Counted from the first letter of the stretch, positions 25,431 to 37,342 are shown. The stretch: 64,000 nt of DNA from Deferribacterales bacterium (GCA_050251875.1 JBFWMA010000002.1:192001-256000), one strand, 5' to 3'. Notes: generated by a model not told the origin, from the letters alone. Made by a program: numbers and translations.

Positions 25431-27106
25431 AAATTTGAATACCTCATAAATGTTTTGAAAAGCGTGGGGTGACCGCCGGGATATTTTATCAGCCTGTCGG
25501 CACCGAAATCTATAATGCTCTTTTCCACAGGAATCCCCATTATATCTCCCGCCGTGAGCAGAAGAGTGATGAACACGCTTATGGAATTGGGAATTGAATC
25601 ATCGAATGTATCGATAACGGTCTTTTCTGTGTCCAGATATATCAGCCCGTCTTTACAGAAGAGTTTCAGCGCTTCGTCGGCGAAGGCAGAAGCCTCTGTC
25701 AGAAAGGATTTTTCCTTTGTGATGTCGAAAAATTTCATGAAAGCGTCAATGGTGAAGGCATAATCCTCCAGAGTGGTCTGCTCCATTATCTCGCCGTAAT
25801 AGTTGATGCGGAAGAGGCTGCGTCCGTGCATATGAAAATGTCTCAGTTTGCCCAGAAGAGCGGATGCCTGCTCCATATAATACTCAGAGCCTGACACCTC
25901 GAACATTCTCAGCAGGGCTTTTAGAAAAAGCATATTCTGAGAGAGTATTATCTTGGTGTCTTTCACGGGTTTTTCTTTATGGTTGTCTGCCTGGATTTTT
26001 GCGAAATGCTGTTCCAGACGGACATATTCTTCATAGTCTGCCTTGTTGACGGTGATGACGCCCTCTGTGAGAGTAACTATATCAGCCGCCTGTCTTATCT
26101 GGTCTTCGTTTACCAGATAATAGAATCCCTCCACCAGCTTCATGCTGTCGTCCAGACTGTCGGCGTCCATAGCGGATATCAGACCGAAGTCGGTATTGAA
26201 CTCGTGCAGGATGAAATCTATGGTCTTTTCAGCTATCTTCAGATACAGGCGGTTGTCTGTTTTCTCGAACATGTCCAGCAGAAAGCATGTGTTCTGGGCA
26301 TTGTCATAGAGCATCTTTTCGAAGTGAGGCACGCTCCATTTTCTATCCACCGCATAGCGGTAGAAGCCGCCGTTCACATGGTCGTATATACCGGAAGTGC
26401 AGAGCCTGTCCGCCGTCAGGTTCATAAAGTCCCTGACAAAAAGATCTGTGTCGTAATATTCCATCATGGCTTCCATAACAGGAATATTCGGGAATTTAGC
26501 GTCTTTTCCCAGCCCTCCGTATTCGCTGTCGAATGTTTTGGAGAAGGATTCTGACGCTGTGTGAAAATCGAAATCGTTCAGGTCTTCGGACGTCTTGTCC
26601 GTGTCTATGAATTTATCGAAAAATTTATCGTAGTTTTTAGAGTATTTCTCCGCCTCTTTCGGGGTGTCCTGATACAGCCTGCCCAGCTGGGTGACTATTT
26701 CGGCGAAGGCGGGGAGCCCGTGTGTGGGTTTGGGCGGAAAATAGGTGCCGCCGAAGAACGGGCGTCCGTCCGGCAGAGCGAAGATAGACAGAGGCCATCC
26801 GCCTCTCTTGCCTGTGGCGTGCAGATAGAACTGATATCTCTTGTCAATATTGGGGAATTCTTCCCTGTCGATCTTTACCGGGACAAAATATTTATTGAGA
26901 ATCTCCGCCGCCGTCTCGTTCTCGAATGATTCATGCGCCATAACATGGCACCAGTGGCAGGAGGAATAGCCTATGCTGATGAACAGAGGTTTGTTAAGCT
27001 CTTTTGCCCTGGCTATCGTCTCTTCGGAATATGCCTGCCAGGCAACAGGGTTGTTCTCATGTTGTTTCAGATAAAGACTTTTTTGTTTATTCAGCTCGTT
27101 TTTCAT
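25427..27106 (-). CDS. Thioredoxin-domain DUF255 / YyaL (SSP411) family protein
   Basis: 'SLYLKQH..NPV.W', 'SIGYSSCHWCHVMAHESF', 'GGWPL', 'PHFEKMLYDNA'. Confidence 0.92.
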   Translation of the reverse strand: MKNELNKQKSLYLKQHENNPVAWQAYSEETIARAKELNKPLFISIGYSSCHWCHVMAHESFENETAAEILNKYFVPVKIDREEFPNIDKRYQFYLHATGKRGGWPLSIFALPDGRPFFGGTYFPPKPTHGLPAFAEIVTQLGRLYQDTPKEAEKYSKNYDKFFDKFIDTDKTSEDLNDFDFHTASESFSKTFDSEYGGLGKDAKFPNIPVMEAMMEYYDTDLFVRDFMNLTADRLCTSGIYDHVNGGFYRYAVDRKWSVPHFEKMLYDNAQNTCFLLDMFEKTDNRLYLKIAEKTIDFILHEFNTDFGLISAMDADSLDDSMKLVEGFYYLVNEDQIRQAADIVTLTEGVITVNKADYEEYVRLEQHFAKIQADNHKEKPVKDTKIILSQNMLFLKALLRMFEVSGSEYYMEQASALLGKLRHFHMHGRSLFRINYYGEIMEQTTLEDYAFTIDAFMKFFDITKEKSFLTEASAFADEALKLFCKDGLIYLDTEKTVIDTFDDSIPNSISVFITLLLTAGDIMGIPVEKSIIDFGADRLIKYPGGHPTLFKTFMRYSNL

Positions 27107-27166
27107 ACCAACACCAAAATTATCATATTATGACAATATAGAGTTTGCGGACACTTATCAAGGAAT

Positions 27167-27196
27167 AAAAAAAGGGGCGGATATGTTCCGCCCCTT
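27167..27196 (-). terminator. Intrinsic terminator (minus strand)
   Basis: AAGGGGCGGA-5nt-TCCGCCCCTT followed by a T-tract on the minus strand. Confidence 0.85.
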
Positions 27197-27302
27197 CCCG
27201 GTATGAACACCGGAAATGACTTTTTGCAAACGCCACATGATTGTCGAAAATGACATTCACTGTTCTATTAATAAAACCATTTGGGTTTTATTGGCAAGTT
27301 AA

Positions 27303-29588
27303 TTATTTATGTTTTTGCTTCGCTTTCTCTATAGCGTCCACAACGGCGATAGCCGCCATGTTCACTATTTCGTTCACGTCACTGCCTCTCTGGAGGACGT
27401 GCACGGAGTGTTTGAAGCCTTGCAGAACCGGTCCGATGGCTATACCGCCGCCGAGTCTCCACAGAAGTTTGTATGCGCTGTTTCCCGCCTCCAGGTTGGG
27501 GAAGACAAGAATGGACGCGTCACCTTTGATATCGGAGAAGGGGAAAGCCTCTTCCGCTATAGGTCTGTAGAGGGCAGTATCCGCCTGCATATCACCGTCT
27601 ATGATGAGCTGGGGATATCTCTCTTTAACCTTTTTGATAGCTTCGGTGATTTTCAGCGTTCTGGGCAGTTTTACAGAGCCGAAGTTGGTGAATGATATCA
27701 TGGCTACTTTTGGCTCTATCTCGAACTTAGAACATGTGTCCGCTGACTGCATGGCTATCTGTGCCAGCACTTCAGCGTCCGGATCGATGTTCACGGTGGT
27801 GTCGGCGCAGAGGACTATGCGGTCTCTGAACACCATGAAATAAGCGCCTGACGGGCTGGTGTATCCTTCCTGCATGGGGTTGATCTCCAGCAGGGGGCGG
27901 ATGGCATCGGGATAGTTTCTGGAATATCCGTTCAGCAGACAGTCGGCGTCTCCCTCGCACACCATCATAGCGGCGTAATAGTCGCTGATGCGCACCAGTC
28001 TTCTGTAGCTTTCGTCATATGTCATACCCTTTCTCTGGCGCATAGCGTGAAATTTTCTGGCATACTGCTCCAGCTTAACAGAGTAAGTGGGGTTGACTAT
28101 CTCGCATTCGGTCAGGTCGATGTTGTGTTTCTCCGCCAGAGCTTTGATACGGTCTTCGTTGCCCAGAAGGATAGGTTTCGCGATTCCTTCCTCCACCATT
28201 TTCTGAGCGGCTCTGAGGATTTTTTCCTGTTCGCCTTCGGGCAGAACGAGACGTTTCGGTTTCTGTCTGGCGACAGATATGATGTGTCTGGTGAATTCTT
28301 TGGCGAATGACAGCCTGGATTCCAGATAGTCTTTATATTTTTCAAAATTGGGTATGTCTTTCTGTGCCACGCCGGATTCTATAGCGGCTTTGGCGACAGC
28401 GGGGGCAACCCATGTGAGAACTCTGTGATCGAAAGGTTTCGGGATAATGTATTCGGGTCCGAACTCTATTCTGTCCACACCGTATGCCTTGCAGACTGAC
28501 TCCGGCACTTCCTGTCTGGCGAGCTGAGCCAGAGCGTTTACGGCGGCGAGTTTCATGTGTTCGTTGATGGCTTTTGCTCTGACATCCAGAGCGCCTCTGA
28601 ATATGAAGGGAAATCCGAGAACGTTGTTAACCTGGTTGGGATAATCTGAACGTCCTGTCGCCATGATGGCGTCCCCTCTGACTTCGGCGACCTCTTCGGG
28701 GGTTACTTCCGGATCGGGGTTAGCCATAGCCATGATGATGGGGTTTCTCGCCATGTCTTTAACCATTTTCTTGTTCACGGCGCCTTTCTGTGAGAGACCG
28801 AGGAAAACATCGGCTCCGTCCATGGCTTCTTCCAGAGTGCGTTTTTCCGTGGTTACGGCGAACTCTTCTTTATATTTGTTCATGCCTTCCGTGCGTCCGT
28901 TATATATGATGCCTTTTGTGTCGCACATCATGATATTGGATTTTTCTCCGCCCACCAGCACTATCAGTTTGCCTATGGCGATACCGGCTGCTCCGGCGCC
29001 GTTGATTACTATTTTTACCTGATCTATCTTTTTGCCCACGAGCTCCAGAGCGTTTATCAGAGCGGCAACGGCGATGATGGCTGTTCCGTGCTGATCGTCA
29101 TGGAAAACGGGGATGTTCATTTTTTCTTTCAGTGTTTCTTCTATATAGAAGCAGTCGGGGGCTTTGATATCCTCGAGGTTGATACCGCCGAATGTCGGCT
29201 CTATCAGCTCGCAGGCTTTGATTACGTCATCGGGGTTTTGTGAGTTGATCTCTATGTCGAAAACGTCCACATCTGCGAAACGCTTGAAGAGAACGCCTTT
29301 ACCCTCCATAACGGGTTTTCCGGCGGCGGCGCCTATGTTGCCAAGCCCCAGAACGGCGGTTCCGTTGGATACGACAGCCACCAGGTTTCCTTTTGATGTG
29401 TATTCATATACGAGCTCAGGGTTCTGCTCAATCTCCAGACAGGGCTGAGCGACACCGGGGGTGTATGCCAGAGACAGGTCTCTCTGCGTGTAACAGGGTT
29501 TTGTGGGTACTACTTCTATCTTTCCGCTTTTGGGATATTTGTGATAATCGAGAACTTCCTCTTTTGTAATCGCCTTTCTGTTCTTCAT
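27303..29588 (-). CDS. maeB: NADP-dependent malic enzyme with phosphotransacetylase-like domain
   Basis: Start reassigned to ATG 29588 (RBS GAGGAGG); ME motifs plus C-terminal 'DGDMQAD', '[12 protein letters not shown]', 'GPVLQG'. Confidence 0.95.
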   Translation of the reverse strand: MKNRKAITKEEVLDYHKYPKSGKIEVVPTKPCYTQRDLSLAYTPGVAQPCLEIEQNPELVYEYTSKGNLVAVVSNGTAVLGLGNIGAAAGKPVMEGKGVLFKRFADVDVFDIEINSQNPDDVIKACELIEPTFGGINLEDIKAPDCFYIEETLKEKMNIPVFHDDQHGTAIIAVAALINALELVGKKIDQVKIVINGAGAAGIAIGKLIVLVGGEKSNIMMCDTKGIIYNGRTEGMNKYKEEFAVTTEKRTLEEAMDGADVFLGLSQKGAVNKKMVKDMARNPIIMAMANPDPEVTPEEVAEVRGDAIMATGRSDYPNQVNNVLGFPFIFRGALDVRAKAINEHMKLAAVNALAQLARQEVPESVCKAYGVDRIEFGPEYIIPKPFDHRVLTWVAPAVAKAAIESGVAQKDIPNFEKYKDYLESRLSFAKEFTRHIISVARQKPKRLVLPEGEQEKILRAAQKMVEEGIAKPILLGNEDRIKALAEKHNIDLTECEIVNPTYSVKLEQYARKFHAMRQRKGMTYDESYRRLVRISDYYAAMMVCEGDADCLLNGYSRNYPDAIRPLLEINPMQEGYTSPSGAYFMVFRDRIVLCADTTVNIDPDAEVLAQIAMQSADTCSKFEIEPKVAMISFTNFGSVKLPRTLKITEAIKKVKERYPQLIIDGDMQADTALYRPIAEEAFPFSDIKGDASILVFPNLEAGNSAYKLLWRLGGGIAIGPVLQGFKHSVHVLQRGSDVNEIVNMAAIAVVDAIEKAKQKHK

Positions 29589-30040
29589 TGGGCAATCCTC
29601 CTCATGTTTCTCTTTATGCAGAATAGGGGGCATTAAACTATAAGTCAACTCAAATATTGATGAACACTAAAATTCTGAACAAAAGTGTATAAAATGTTAA
29701 TCAAAAATAATCAATAATTTAATAGATATATTCTATGATTAAAATCGTTAAAAATGCTAAGGCGTGTTTGGTTATTTCTGATACAAATAATGCTGTTTAT
29801 AGTGTATAGAAAAAACTTATAGGTCAGAATGGCGTATTTAGAAGGTTATAAGCTATCATATTCAATATTTTTAAAGTCTGATAGCCTCGTCTCTTTATAG
29901 GATTTTACTATCTATCATCATAAAGGCTATAGGGGAGATATCAGAAGTCTGATAGTGCGGAAGGTGATCGTAATTTTAGAACATGAAAAGTTAACTCAGG
30001 TTTTTTCGTTTTTTTGATTTTTCTGTCCTGAGAACAAAAA

Positions 30041-30069
30041 TTGAAATACTCATGTTATAAGTGTATAAA
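30041..30069 (+). promoter_or_regulatory. Putative sigma70 promoter for the xerD operon
   Basis: TTGAAA-17nt-TATAAA. Confidence 0.55.
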
Positions 30070-30100
30070 TCATTATGACCTATTTTAACTGATAAGGGCG

Positions 30101-30991
30101 ATGTTGGATAACGAAAAACTGATCTTTAATTTTAAAGCATGGCTGAAGCACGAACAGGGGCACTCTGACAATACCGTGTCAGCCTATATCTCAGATATAT
30201 CATCATTCGGGGATTTTTTCTCTAAACCGCTGGCGGAGGCTTCCGCTGTGGATCTGGTGAGCTACATGGCTCAGATGAGAAAGGACGGGTACAGTATAGA
30301 GACTGTTCTGAGAAGACTTTCCGGCGTGTCCGCCTTCTATGACTTTCTGATTATCGAGCGGATAATAAAGACCAACCCTGTGGGATACATCACAAAACCG
30401 TCCAAATGGGACAAGCTCCCGGTTTTTCTTAACTTTGACGAGGTGGAGAAACTGCTGGACGCCCCCGACAGCGGCGACAATCTTGGCTACAGAGACAGGC
30501 TGATCTTCGAAACGCTGTATTCGTCCGGCATGCGCATCAGCGAGCTGGTGGGGCTGAAGGTGCTGGATATAGACCTGCCCAGAGGCGTGATAAAGGTGAC
30601 AGGCAAGGGGAGCAAACAGAGATTTGTTCCGCTGTATTCCAGTCTGGCGGATAAGCTGAACGGATATCTCACTATCAGACACGAATATTTTGTAAAAGGA
30701 CGTGATGAGGGCTGGCTTTTTCTGAGCAGAAACGGTAAAAGACTGAACAGGGAGTATATCTTCATGCTGGTTAAAAAATATTGTCTGAAAGCTGGCATAG
30801 ACAAAAATGTGTCTCCGCACACACTGCGCCATTCTTTCGCCACCCATCTGCTGACCAACGGAGCCGATCTGCGCACCATACAGATCTTTCTGGGGCACAG
30901 CGATCTGTCCACCACCCAGAGATATACCCACGTCACCGATGATAAATCGAGGAACGTGCTTTTAAACTGTCACCCGAGGTTTCGTAAATGA
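30101..30991 (+). CDS. xerD: Chromosomal tyrosine recombinase XerD
   Basis: R-K-HxxR-H-Y: 'SGMRISE', 'GKGSKQR', 'HTLRHSFATHLL', 'LGHSDLSTTQRYTHV'; housekeeping context. Confidence 0.85.
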   Translation: MLDNEKLIFNFKAWLKHEQGHSDNTVSAYISDISSFGDFFSKPLAEASAVDLVSYMAQMRKDGYSIETVLRRLSGVSAFYDFLIIERIIKTNPVGYITKPSKWDKLPVFLNFDEVEKLLDAPDSGDNLGYRDRLIFETLYSSGMRISELVGLKVLDIDLPRGVIKVTGKGSKQRFVPLYSSLADKLNGYLTIRHEYFVKGRDEGWLFLSRNGKRLNREYIFMLVKKYCLKAGIDKNVSPHTLRHSFATHLLTNGADLRTIQIFLGHSDLSTTQRYTHVTDDKSRNVLLNCHPRFRK

Positions 30992-33642
30992 GGCGCATAG
31001 CCGTAACACACAAAAATCCCGATTTTGACGCTGTGGCGAGCGCATATGCCGCATACAGGCTTTACGGGCTGGACGCCGTAATCACGTCATCGTCATATGA
31101 ACCGCCTGTAAGGGAATATATCGACTCGCTGGATTTCGAGTTCCCTATAATAAACATGAAAGAGAAAGAGATAGAAAATCTAGAGGCGCCTGAGCTTCTG
31201 GTTATCACCGACTGCAAGCTGAAAGACAGGCTGGGGGCTCTTGCCCGGCTCGTTGACACGGCGGAAAAGAAGATAATATTCGACCATCATCCCACCCACG
31301 GACAGGATATTGAAGCGGATGAGATGAATGTCAGAGAGATAGGCGCCACCACGACCATTCTGGTGGAGAAGCTGATAGAGAAGGATATTTTTATCAATCC
31401 TGACGAGGCGACCTTTCTGATGACAGGCATATACGAAGACACGGGCATGATGACCTTCGAGGGAACAACCGTGGCGGATATGCAGGCGGCGGCATGGCTT
31501 CTGTCTAAGGGGGCTAACCTCCAGACGGTGAGCGATTTTGTGAAGCGTGACCTCAGCCGTGAGCACGTCTTTATCCTGAATGAACTGCTTACCAACATGA
31601 ACACGATCAATATCGGCTCGGTGAAGATAGGCATATCAAACGCCAGCAATGACAAATACATAGAAGATATATCCGATCTGGCTCACAAGATAATGGATAT
31701 AGAGACTCTGGACGCTCTCTTTATTCTGGTGCGCACAGGCGACAGAATAATTCTGGTGGGCAGAAGCAGAACCGACTATGTGGATGCCTCGGAAATAGCC
31801 GCTTCTTTCGGCGGGGGCGGGCATTATACCGCCGCCAGCGCTGTTATCAAAGATGAGACCCTGCACGAGTGCGTGGGCAAGCTGGAGCTGATCCTTCAGG
31901 ACGTGGTGAAACCCGTCAAGACTGCTAAAGATATAATGAATTCCCCCGTGAAAACGGTAAATCAGACCGCCACTTTTTCAGAGGCGATAGATATCTTTAT
32001 GAAGAACAATCTGAACATGATGCCCGTGGTTAAGGACGACATCCCTGTGGGGCTGGTGTCCAGACGGGATATCCTGCACGGGCTGAAGCACGGGCTGAAC
32101 GATGAGCCGGTGAGCTCTATCATGCAGGTAGAGTTCGAGTCCATACATCCGGACACTCCCTACTATCTGGTGGAGGAGGTCATGCTCAGCAGAAGCTGTA
32201 AAATGGTGATAGTCACCGACAGCGGCAGGCTGACAGGGGTCATCACCCGCACGGATCTTTTGCGGCTGATACACGAAGAGATATCAAAAATGCCCAGATA
32301 TTCTGACGGCAGACTGATAAAATCAGACAGCAAAAAATATAAAAATATCGCCAGCCAGATAGACAGCATACTCCCCGCGAGGGTCGTGAGCACTCTGAAA
32401 GAGATAGGCGCTATGGCGGACGAGCTGGGATACAGATGCTATATGGTGGGCGGTGTCGTCAGAGATATACTGCTCAGAAAATCCAATGAGGATATAGACA
32501 TAGTGGTGGAGGGCAGCGCTCCTGATTTCGCCAGACAGTTTGCCGACAGATCAGGCGCCAGAGCCGCTATTCACGCCAAGTTTAAAACTGCCGTGGTGAT
32601 CTTTCCGGACGGGTTCCGTGTGGATTTCGCCACCAGCAGGACGGAATATTACACATTTCCGGCGTCAGCCCCCACTGTGGAGGACGCATCTATAAAGAAC
32701 GATCTTTTCCGCCGTGATTTCTCCATCAACGCCATGGCGGTAAAGCTGAACAAGGCGGAATACGGTATTCTGCTGGACTTTTTCGGCGGTCAGAGGGATA
32801 TCAACGATAAAAAGATACGGGTGCTCCACTCGCTGAGCTTTGTGGACGATCCCTCCAGAGCCCTGAGAGCCGTCAGGTTTGCCGTTCGTTTCGATTTCAT
32901 GATAGGACCTCACACTGACAGACTTTTTCGTCATGCCGTCAGCCTGAACCTTTTTGACAGGGTTGTGGGGCAGAGGATGTTCCTGGAGCTGAAATATATT
33001 CTCAGCGAGAACAGTTACAGAAAAGCCCTGAAGATGATGCGTAAATATGATCTGATGAAGTTCTTTCACAAAAGCCTCGTTGTGGACGATGTGAAGGAAC
33101 AGCTCTTTGAAAATCTGGAATATATCATGGATTGGTATATCTTTCAGTTTCAGGAAGAGATAGAGGAATACATGCCCAGAATGGCTGTGCTGTTCCACGA
33201 TCTGGACAAGGAAGCCGTGGCGGAGGTAATGAGCCGTTTTCAGCTGGATGATAAGAAGGCGGAGGAGCTCACAGAGTGCTTTCGTCTGGTAAAAGACATC
33301 ACCGCGGGGCTGAAACGCCGCCCGGAGATAAAAGCGTCCGGCTTCACGACCAATTTCGACAAATTGTCAGTGCCGTGTGCTCTGGCTGTCGCCGCTCTCA
33401 TAGGCGAGGATTTCGAGGAAAGGGTGAAGGAATATTTCATCACCTACCGCAATGTGAAGCCTCTGATAAACGGCGAAGATATGAAAAAAGCGGGTATAGA
33501 GCCCAGAATTATATACTCAAAGATTTTAAAAGCTGTGAAAGACGCCGCCATTGACGGCAAATGCAACGACAAAGACAGCCAGATGAGGCTGGCGAAAGAA
33601 CTATCAGAAAAGCTGGTGAAAGATGATAAAAAGAACGGTTGA
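30988..33642 (+). CDS. DHH/DHHA1-CBS-fused class II tRNA nucleotidyltransferase (CCA/A-adding)
   Basis: 'HKNPDFD', 'DHH', 'GGGGH', CBS pair, 'VGGVVRD', 'DIDIV', '[13 protein letters not shown]', 'DDPSR'. Confidence 0.92.
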   Translation: MRRIAVTHKNPDFDAVASAYAAYRLYGLDAVITSSSYEPPVREYIDSLDFEFPIINMKEKEIENLEAPELLVITDCKLKDRLGALARLVDTAEKKIIFDHHPTHGQDIEADEMNVREIGATTTILVEKLIEKDIFINPDEATFLMTGIYEDTGMMTFEGTTVADMQAAAWLLSKGANLQTVSDFVKRDLSREHVFILNELLTNMNTINIGSVKIGISNASNDKYIEDISDLAHKIMDIETLDALFILVRTGDRIILVGRSRTDYVDASEIAASFGGGGHYTAASAVIKDETLHECVGKLELILQDVVKPVKTAKDIMNSPVKTVNQTATFSEAIDIFMKNNLNMMPVVKDDIPVGLVSRRDILHGLKHGLNDEPVSSIMQVEFESIHPDTPYYLVEEVMLSRSCKMVIVTDSGRLTGVITRTDLLRLIHEEISKMPRYSDGRLIKSDSKKYKNIASQIDSILPARVVSTLKEIGAMADELGYRCYMVGGVVRDILLRKSNEDIDIVVEGSAPDFARQFADRSGARAAIHAKFKTAVVIFPDGFRVDFATSRTEYYTFPASAPTVEDASIKNDLFRRDFSINAMAVKLNKAEYGILLDFFGGQRDINDKKIRVLHSLSFVDDPSRALRAVRFAVRFDFMIGPHTDRLFRHAVSLNLFDRVVGQRMFLELKYILSENSYRKALKMMRKYDLMKFFHKSLVVDDVKEQLFENLEYIMDWYIFQFQEEIEEYMPRMAVLFHDLDKEAVAEVMSRFQLDDKKAEELTECFRLVKDITAGLKRRPEIKASGFTTNFDKLSVPCALAVAALIGEDFEERVKEYFITYRNVKPLINGEDMKKAGIEPRIIYSKILKAVKDAAIDGKCNDKDSQMRLAKELSEKLVKDDKKNG

Positions 33643-34573
33643 AGTATCCAAGATATTGATGCCATTTGTTTTAGGAACGAAAGACACAAACCTTAGAATG
33701 TTAAATTCAGAGTTTTCGGTGAAAACCAGCGTCATAGACGGGGTTTTTTCCATAGAGGGAAAGGCGGACGATGTAAGGATGGCGGTGAGCGCCCTTCAGA
33801 ACATGATTCAGACCGCCTCTGACGGAGTTCTGGACGCTTCAAAAGCGGCGGACATAGTGCGCATGGTGGCGGACAAGAATGACGATGCCTCAGACATTAT
33901 AAAAGACGGTATCACCGTGGCGGGCAGAGTGAAAAAAGTATGCCCGAAATCCGCCAGACAGCGGGATTATGTCAACGCTATCAAGAACAACGATATGGTT
34001 TTCGGCATAGGTCCGGCAGGAACCGGAAAAACATATCTGGCTATGGCTATGGGAGTTCACTATTTTCTTCGCAGAAAATGCAGTAAGATAATTCTGACAC
34101 GCCCCGCTGTTGAGGCGGGAGAGAATCTGGGATTTCTGCCCGGAGATATAAACGATAAGATAAACCCTTATCTGCGCCCGCTTTATGACGCCATATACAG
34201 CATGATGGACTATGCCAAGGTGGCGAACCTGATAGAGAACGGCGTGATAGAGGTGGCTCCGCTGGCTTTTATGCGGGGGCGGACTCTGAACGATGCCTTT
34301 ATCATTCTGGACGAGGCGCAGAACACCACAGAGGAGCAGATGAAGATGTTTCTCACCCGTATGGGTTTCTCGTCTAAAGTGGTGGTGACGGGCGATATCA
34401 CGCAGGTTGACCTGCCCAGCAGCAAGAGCAGCGGGCTCGTGCTCGCCAGACGTATTCTGAAGGATATAGAGGGGATAAAATTCATCCAGTTCACTGACAA
34501 GGATGTGGTGCGTCACCCTCTGGTGCAGAAGATTGTAAAAGCATATGATATATATTACGGAGATCAACATTGA
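33623..34573 (+). CDS. phoH: PhoH-family ATPase
   Basis: '[11 protein letters not shown]', '[14 protein letters not shown]', 'MRGRT', 'DEAQN'. Confidence 0.95.
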   Translation: MIKRTVEVSKILMPFVLGTKDTNLRMLNSEFSVKTSVIDGVFSIEGKADDVRMAVSALQNMIQTASDGVLDASKAADIVRMVADKNDDASDIIKDGITVAGRVKKVCPKSARQRDYVNAIKNNDMVFGIGPAGTGKTYLAMAMGVHYFLRRKCSKIILTRPAVEAGENLGFLPGDINDKINPYLRPLYDAIYSMMDYAKVANLIENGVIEVAPLAFMRGRTLNDAFIILDEAQNTTEEQMKMFLTRMGFSSKVVVTGDITQVDLPSSKSSGLVLARRILKDIEGIKFIQFTDKDVVRHPLVQKIVKAYDIYYGDQH

Positions 34574-35025
34574 AAACAGACATACTTATAGCAGACGAAA
34601 TGGAAAGCGGGCTTAAACCGGAGCTCTTTCAGCAGGCGGCGGACGCTGTGATGGCGGAGCTGGACACTTCTTTCGAGGAGTGCGAGATATCTCTGATGAT
34701 ATGTTCGGATGAAGAGATAAAGAACCTGAACAAAACATACAGAGGCAAGGATTACGCCACTGACGTTCTGTCATTCCCCATGTCCGAGGATCCTTATGAA
34801 GAGGGCGGGATGCTGGGCGACATAGTGATATCTCTGGACACAGCCAAGAAACAGGCGGCGGACGCGGACATCGCTCTGGAGCGTGAAATCAGCTTCCTGT
34901 TCATCCACGGTCTGCTCCATCTCATGGGTTTTGACCACGAGCTGGGAGAAGAGGAAGAGAAGGAGATGTTTGATCTTCAGGAAGAAATTTTATCAAATCT
35001 TGTTAAATCAGGCAAAGTAGCTTGA
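34570..35025 (+). CDS. ybeY: rRNA maturation endoribonuclease YbeY
   Basis: 'TDVLSF', 'LGDIVIS', '[11 protein letters not shown]'. Confidence 0.96.
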   Translation: MKTDILIADEMESGLKPELFQQAADAVMAELDTSFEECEISLMICSDEEIKNLNKTYRGKDYATDVLSFPMSEDPYEEGGMLGDIVISLDTAKKQAADADIALEREISFLFIHGLLHLMGFDHELGEEEEKEMFDLQEEILSNLVKSGKVA

Positions 35026-35162
35026 TATTGTCTTTAGGTTATGATAAATAATGCTATCTTGTTTTATTATAAAACAGGTAGGAATTAATTTTTTAAAACA
35101 GAGGTAATAGTTTACTTAAATGGACTCGTGCAGTTCGTGTCATTATCTTAAGGAGATCTCAG

Positions 35163-36467
35163 GTGAGTGAAGCACTGATCTTTGAGCTCTCCGCCATCAT
35201 TCTCTGTATTTTGCTGTCCGGCGTATTCTCCGGCAGTGAGACAACTCTGACCTCTCTCAGCGAGCTTAAAGTACGCCACATGATAGAGGAGAACCCCAGG
35301 GCAAAACCTCTGGAGCTCTGGCTGGATCACCCTAATAAAGTTCTGAACACTATTCTGATAGGGAATAATATCGTAAATATTCTGGCGTCCGTACTGGCTA
35401 CCGATTTCACGGCTAAGCTGGTGGGCGACTCCAATATCGCTCTGGTTACAGGTATCATGACGATCATGGTTCTGTTCTTCGGAGAGATAACCCCCAAAAC
35501 ATACGCAAAACACAACGCCGAGAGACTGGCTATTCCGGTTATAAAACTGCTGAAACTGCCTTATCTCTTTTTCTTCCCATTCTCATACGGCATAAACAGG
35601 CTGGTTAAGCTGATGATTATCATATCCGGCGGAAACCCCGAGCGTCACAAGCACAAGCTGACTGAGGACGAGCTGGAATTTTATATCACCGAAAGCGGAA
35701 AAGAGGGCATGCTGGAAGACGCCAAGTCTCAGATGCTTAGGAATATATTCGACATCAGCGATATCTATGTGAAAGAGGTCATGGTGCCCAGAACAGATAT
35801 GGTGGCTGTGGAGGTAAGCTCCGAGCCGAAGGAATATCTGGACCGCATCCTCGCCTCCGAGTTCTCCCGTATCCCCGTATACGAAGAGAGCGTGGATAAA
35901 ATAGTCGGAATACTTTATGTCAAAGACCTGTTGAAATTTGTTCAGGAGGACGGGGTAAACTTCGACCTGAAAAAAGTAATCAGAAAACCCTTCTTCGTTC
36001 CCGAGACCAAGAAGATAGATTCCATGATGGGCGAGTTCCAGAAAAGCAGAAACCACATGGCTGTGGTGATAGACGAATACGGCGGCGTGGCGGGAATCGT
36101 CACTCTGGAAGATATTCTGGAAGAGATAGTCGGCGAGATTTGGGACGAATACGACACGGAAGAGCAGGAAGTCACTCAGCTTTCTGAGGACAGCTATATT
36201 GTTGATGTGCGTATGGATATTGACGATTTCTGCGATAAGTTCGAGATAGAGAAAACACACGAAATGGACGAATATGAGACTGTGGGCGGGCTTGTTTTCG
36301 ACATCGCCGGAAAGATTCCGGAGGTGGGCGAAGTGTATGAGTTCTCCGATTACAGTTTTAAAATATTGAACAAATTCGAAAGAAGACTTGACAAGGTGGA
36401 GTTAACAAGGCTACACAGAGAGCCTGAAGATAACGAGGAGAACTCCGCCCATGACCAAGCAGTTTAA
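35163..36467 (+). CDS. CNNM/HlyC-CorC family CBS-domain membrane protein
   Basis: 'FSGSET', 'GEITPK', 'MVPRTD', 'SRIPVY', 'DEYGG..GIVTLEDILEEIVGEI'. Confidence 0.93.
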   Translation: MSEALIFELSAIILCILLSGVFSGSETTLTSLSELKVRHMIEENPRAKPLELWLDHPNKVLNTILIGNNIVNILASVLATDFTAKLVGDSNIALVTGIMTIMVLFFGEITPKTYAKHNAERLAIPVIKLLKLPYLFFFPFSYGINRLVKLMIIISGGNPERHKHKLTEDELEFYITESGKEGMLEDAKSQMLRNIFDISDIYVKEVMVPRTDMVAVEVSSEPKEYLDRILASEFSRIPVYEESVDKIVGILYVKDLLKFVQEDGVNFDLKKVIRKPFFVPETKKIDSMMGEFQKSRNHMAVVIDEYGGVAGIVTLEDILEEIVGEIWDEYDTEEQEVTQLSEDSYIVDVRMDIDDFCDKFEIEKTHEMDEYETVGGLVFDIAGKIPEVGEVYEFSDYSFKILNKFERRLDKVELTRLHREPEDNEENSAHDQAV

Positions 36468-37341
36468 AACAGGTTTCGTAGCGATAGTAGGACGCCCCAA
36501 CGTGGGCAAATCGACCCTGCTGAATGCCATTCTGGGCGAAAAGATCGCCATCACATCATCTAAACCTCAGACAACACGGACAAATATTCAGGGTATCCTG
36601 ACCGGTGACGACTATCAGATAATCTATATCGACACCCCCGGATATCATAATGCAAAAGACAGTATCAATAAAATGATGGTTCAGCAGGCGAAAGACTCGC
36701 TGGATAATGCCCATGTGATATACATGCTGGTTCAGCCGGACGAATTTTACGGACCGGAGCTGGAGAGTCTGGTGAAGGTTCTGGAAAAAACTGAGGCGGT
36801 TAAGTTTTTGGTGGTAAACAAAGTTGACGGGTTTGCCAGAGAAAAGGTATATGAAGCCGCCAGCCGTTTTTTCCCTAAGCTGGAGTTCAAACAGGTGCTC
36901 CCTGTTTCTGCTCTGAAAGGCAATAACGTGGACAAACTGATAGAGCTGACTGTGGAAGAACTGCCGGAGGGCGACCCTTTCTTTGACGATGAGGAGATCA
37001 CAACCCAGCCGGAAAAACTGCTGATAGCGGAATTTATCCGTGAGCAGGTTTTCAGACAGCTCAAAGACGAGATTCCATATCAAATAATTGTAGAGACTGA
37101 AAAAATTGAAGACAGAAGCGACAATTTAATGTATATTGCGGCATCTGTTATCGTGAACAGAGAATCACAAAAAGGAATAGTTATCGGAAAAGGCGGTACT
37201 AAACTTAAAGATATCAGCACTGCTGCCCGGGTTTCACTGGAAGCGTTTTTCGGGGTAAAGATATATCTCGAGCTCTATGTGAAGGTGAAAGAAGGCTGGC
37301 AGACTAAAGACGAATATCTGAAATTACAGGGGCTCTATTGA
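36451..37341 (+). CDS. era: GTPase Era
   Basis: 'GRPNVGKSTLLN', 'QTTR', 'DTPG', 'NKVD', KH 'IGKGG'. Confidence 0.97.
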   Translation: MTKQFKTGFVAIVGRPNVGKSTLLNAILGEKIAITSSKPQTTRTNIQGILTGDDYQIIYIDTPGYHNAKDSINKMMVQQAKDSLDNAHVIYMLVQPDEFYGPELESLVKVLEKTEAVKFLVVNKVDGFAREKVYEAASRFFPKLEFKQVLPVSALKGNNVDKLIELTVEELPEGDPFFDDEEITTQPEKLLIAEFIREQVFRQLKDEIPYQIIVETEKIEDRSDNLMYIAASVIVNRESQKGIVIGKGGTKLKDISTAARVSLEAFFGVKIYLELYVKVKEGWQTKDEYLKLQGLY

Positions 37342-37342
37342 T

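Noticed and set aside
29650..30100. oriC or dif site
   Set aside because: Only mismatched DnaA-like boxes (TTATACACT), no dnaA/dnaN nearby and no recognisable 28-bp dif.
30101..30991. Prophage or island integrase
   Set aside because: Typical XerD length and motifs, fused into a housekeeping operon, no mobile cargo.
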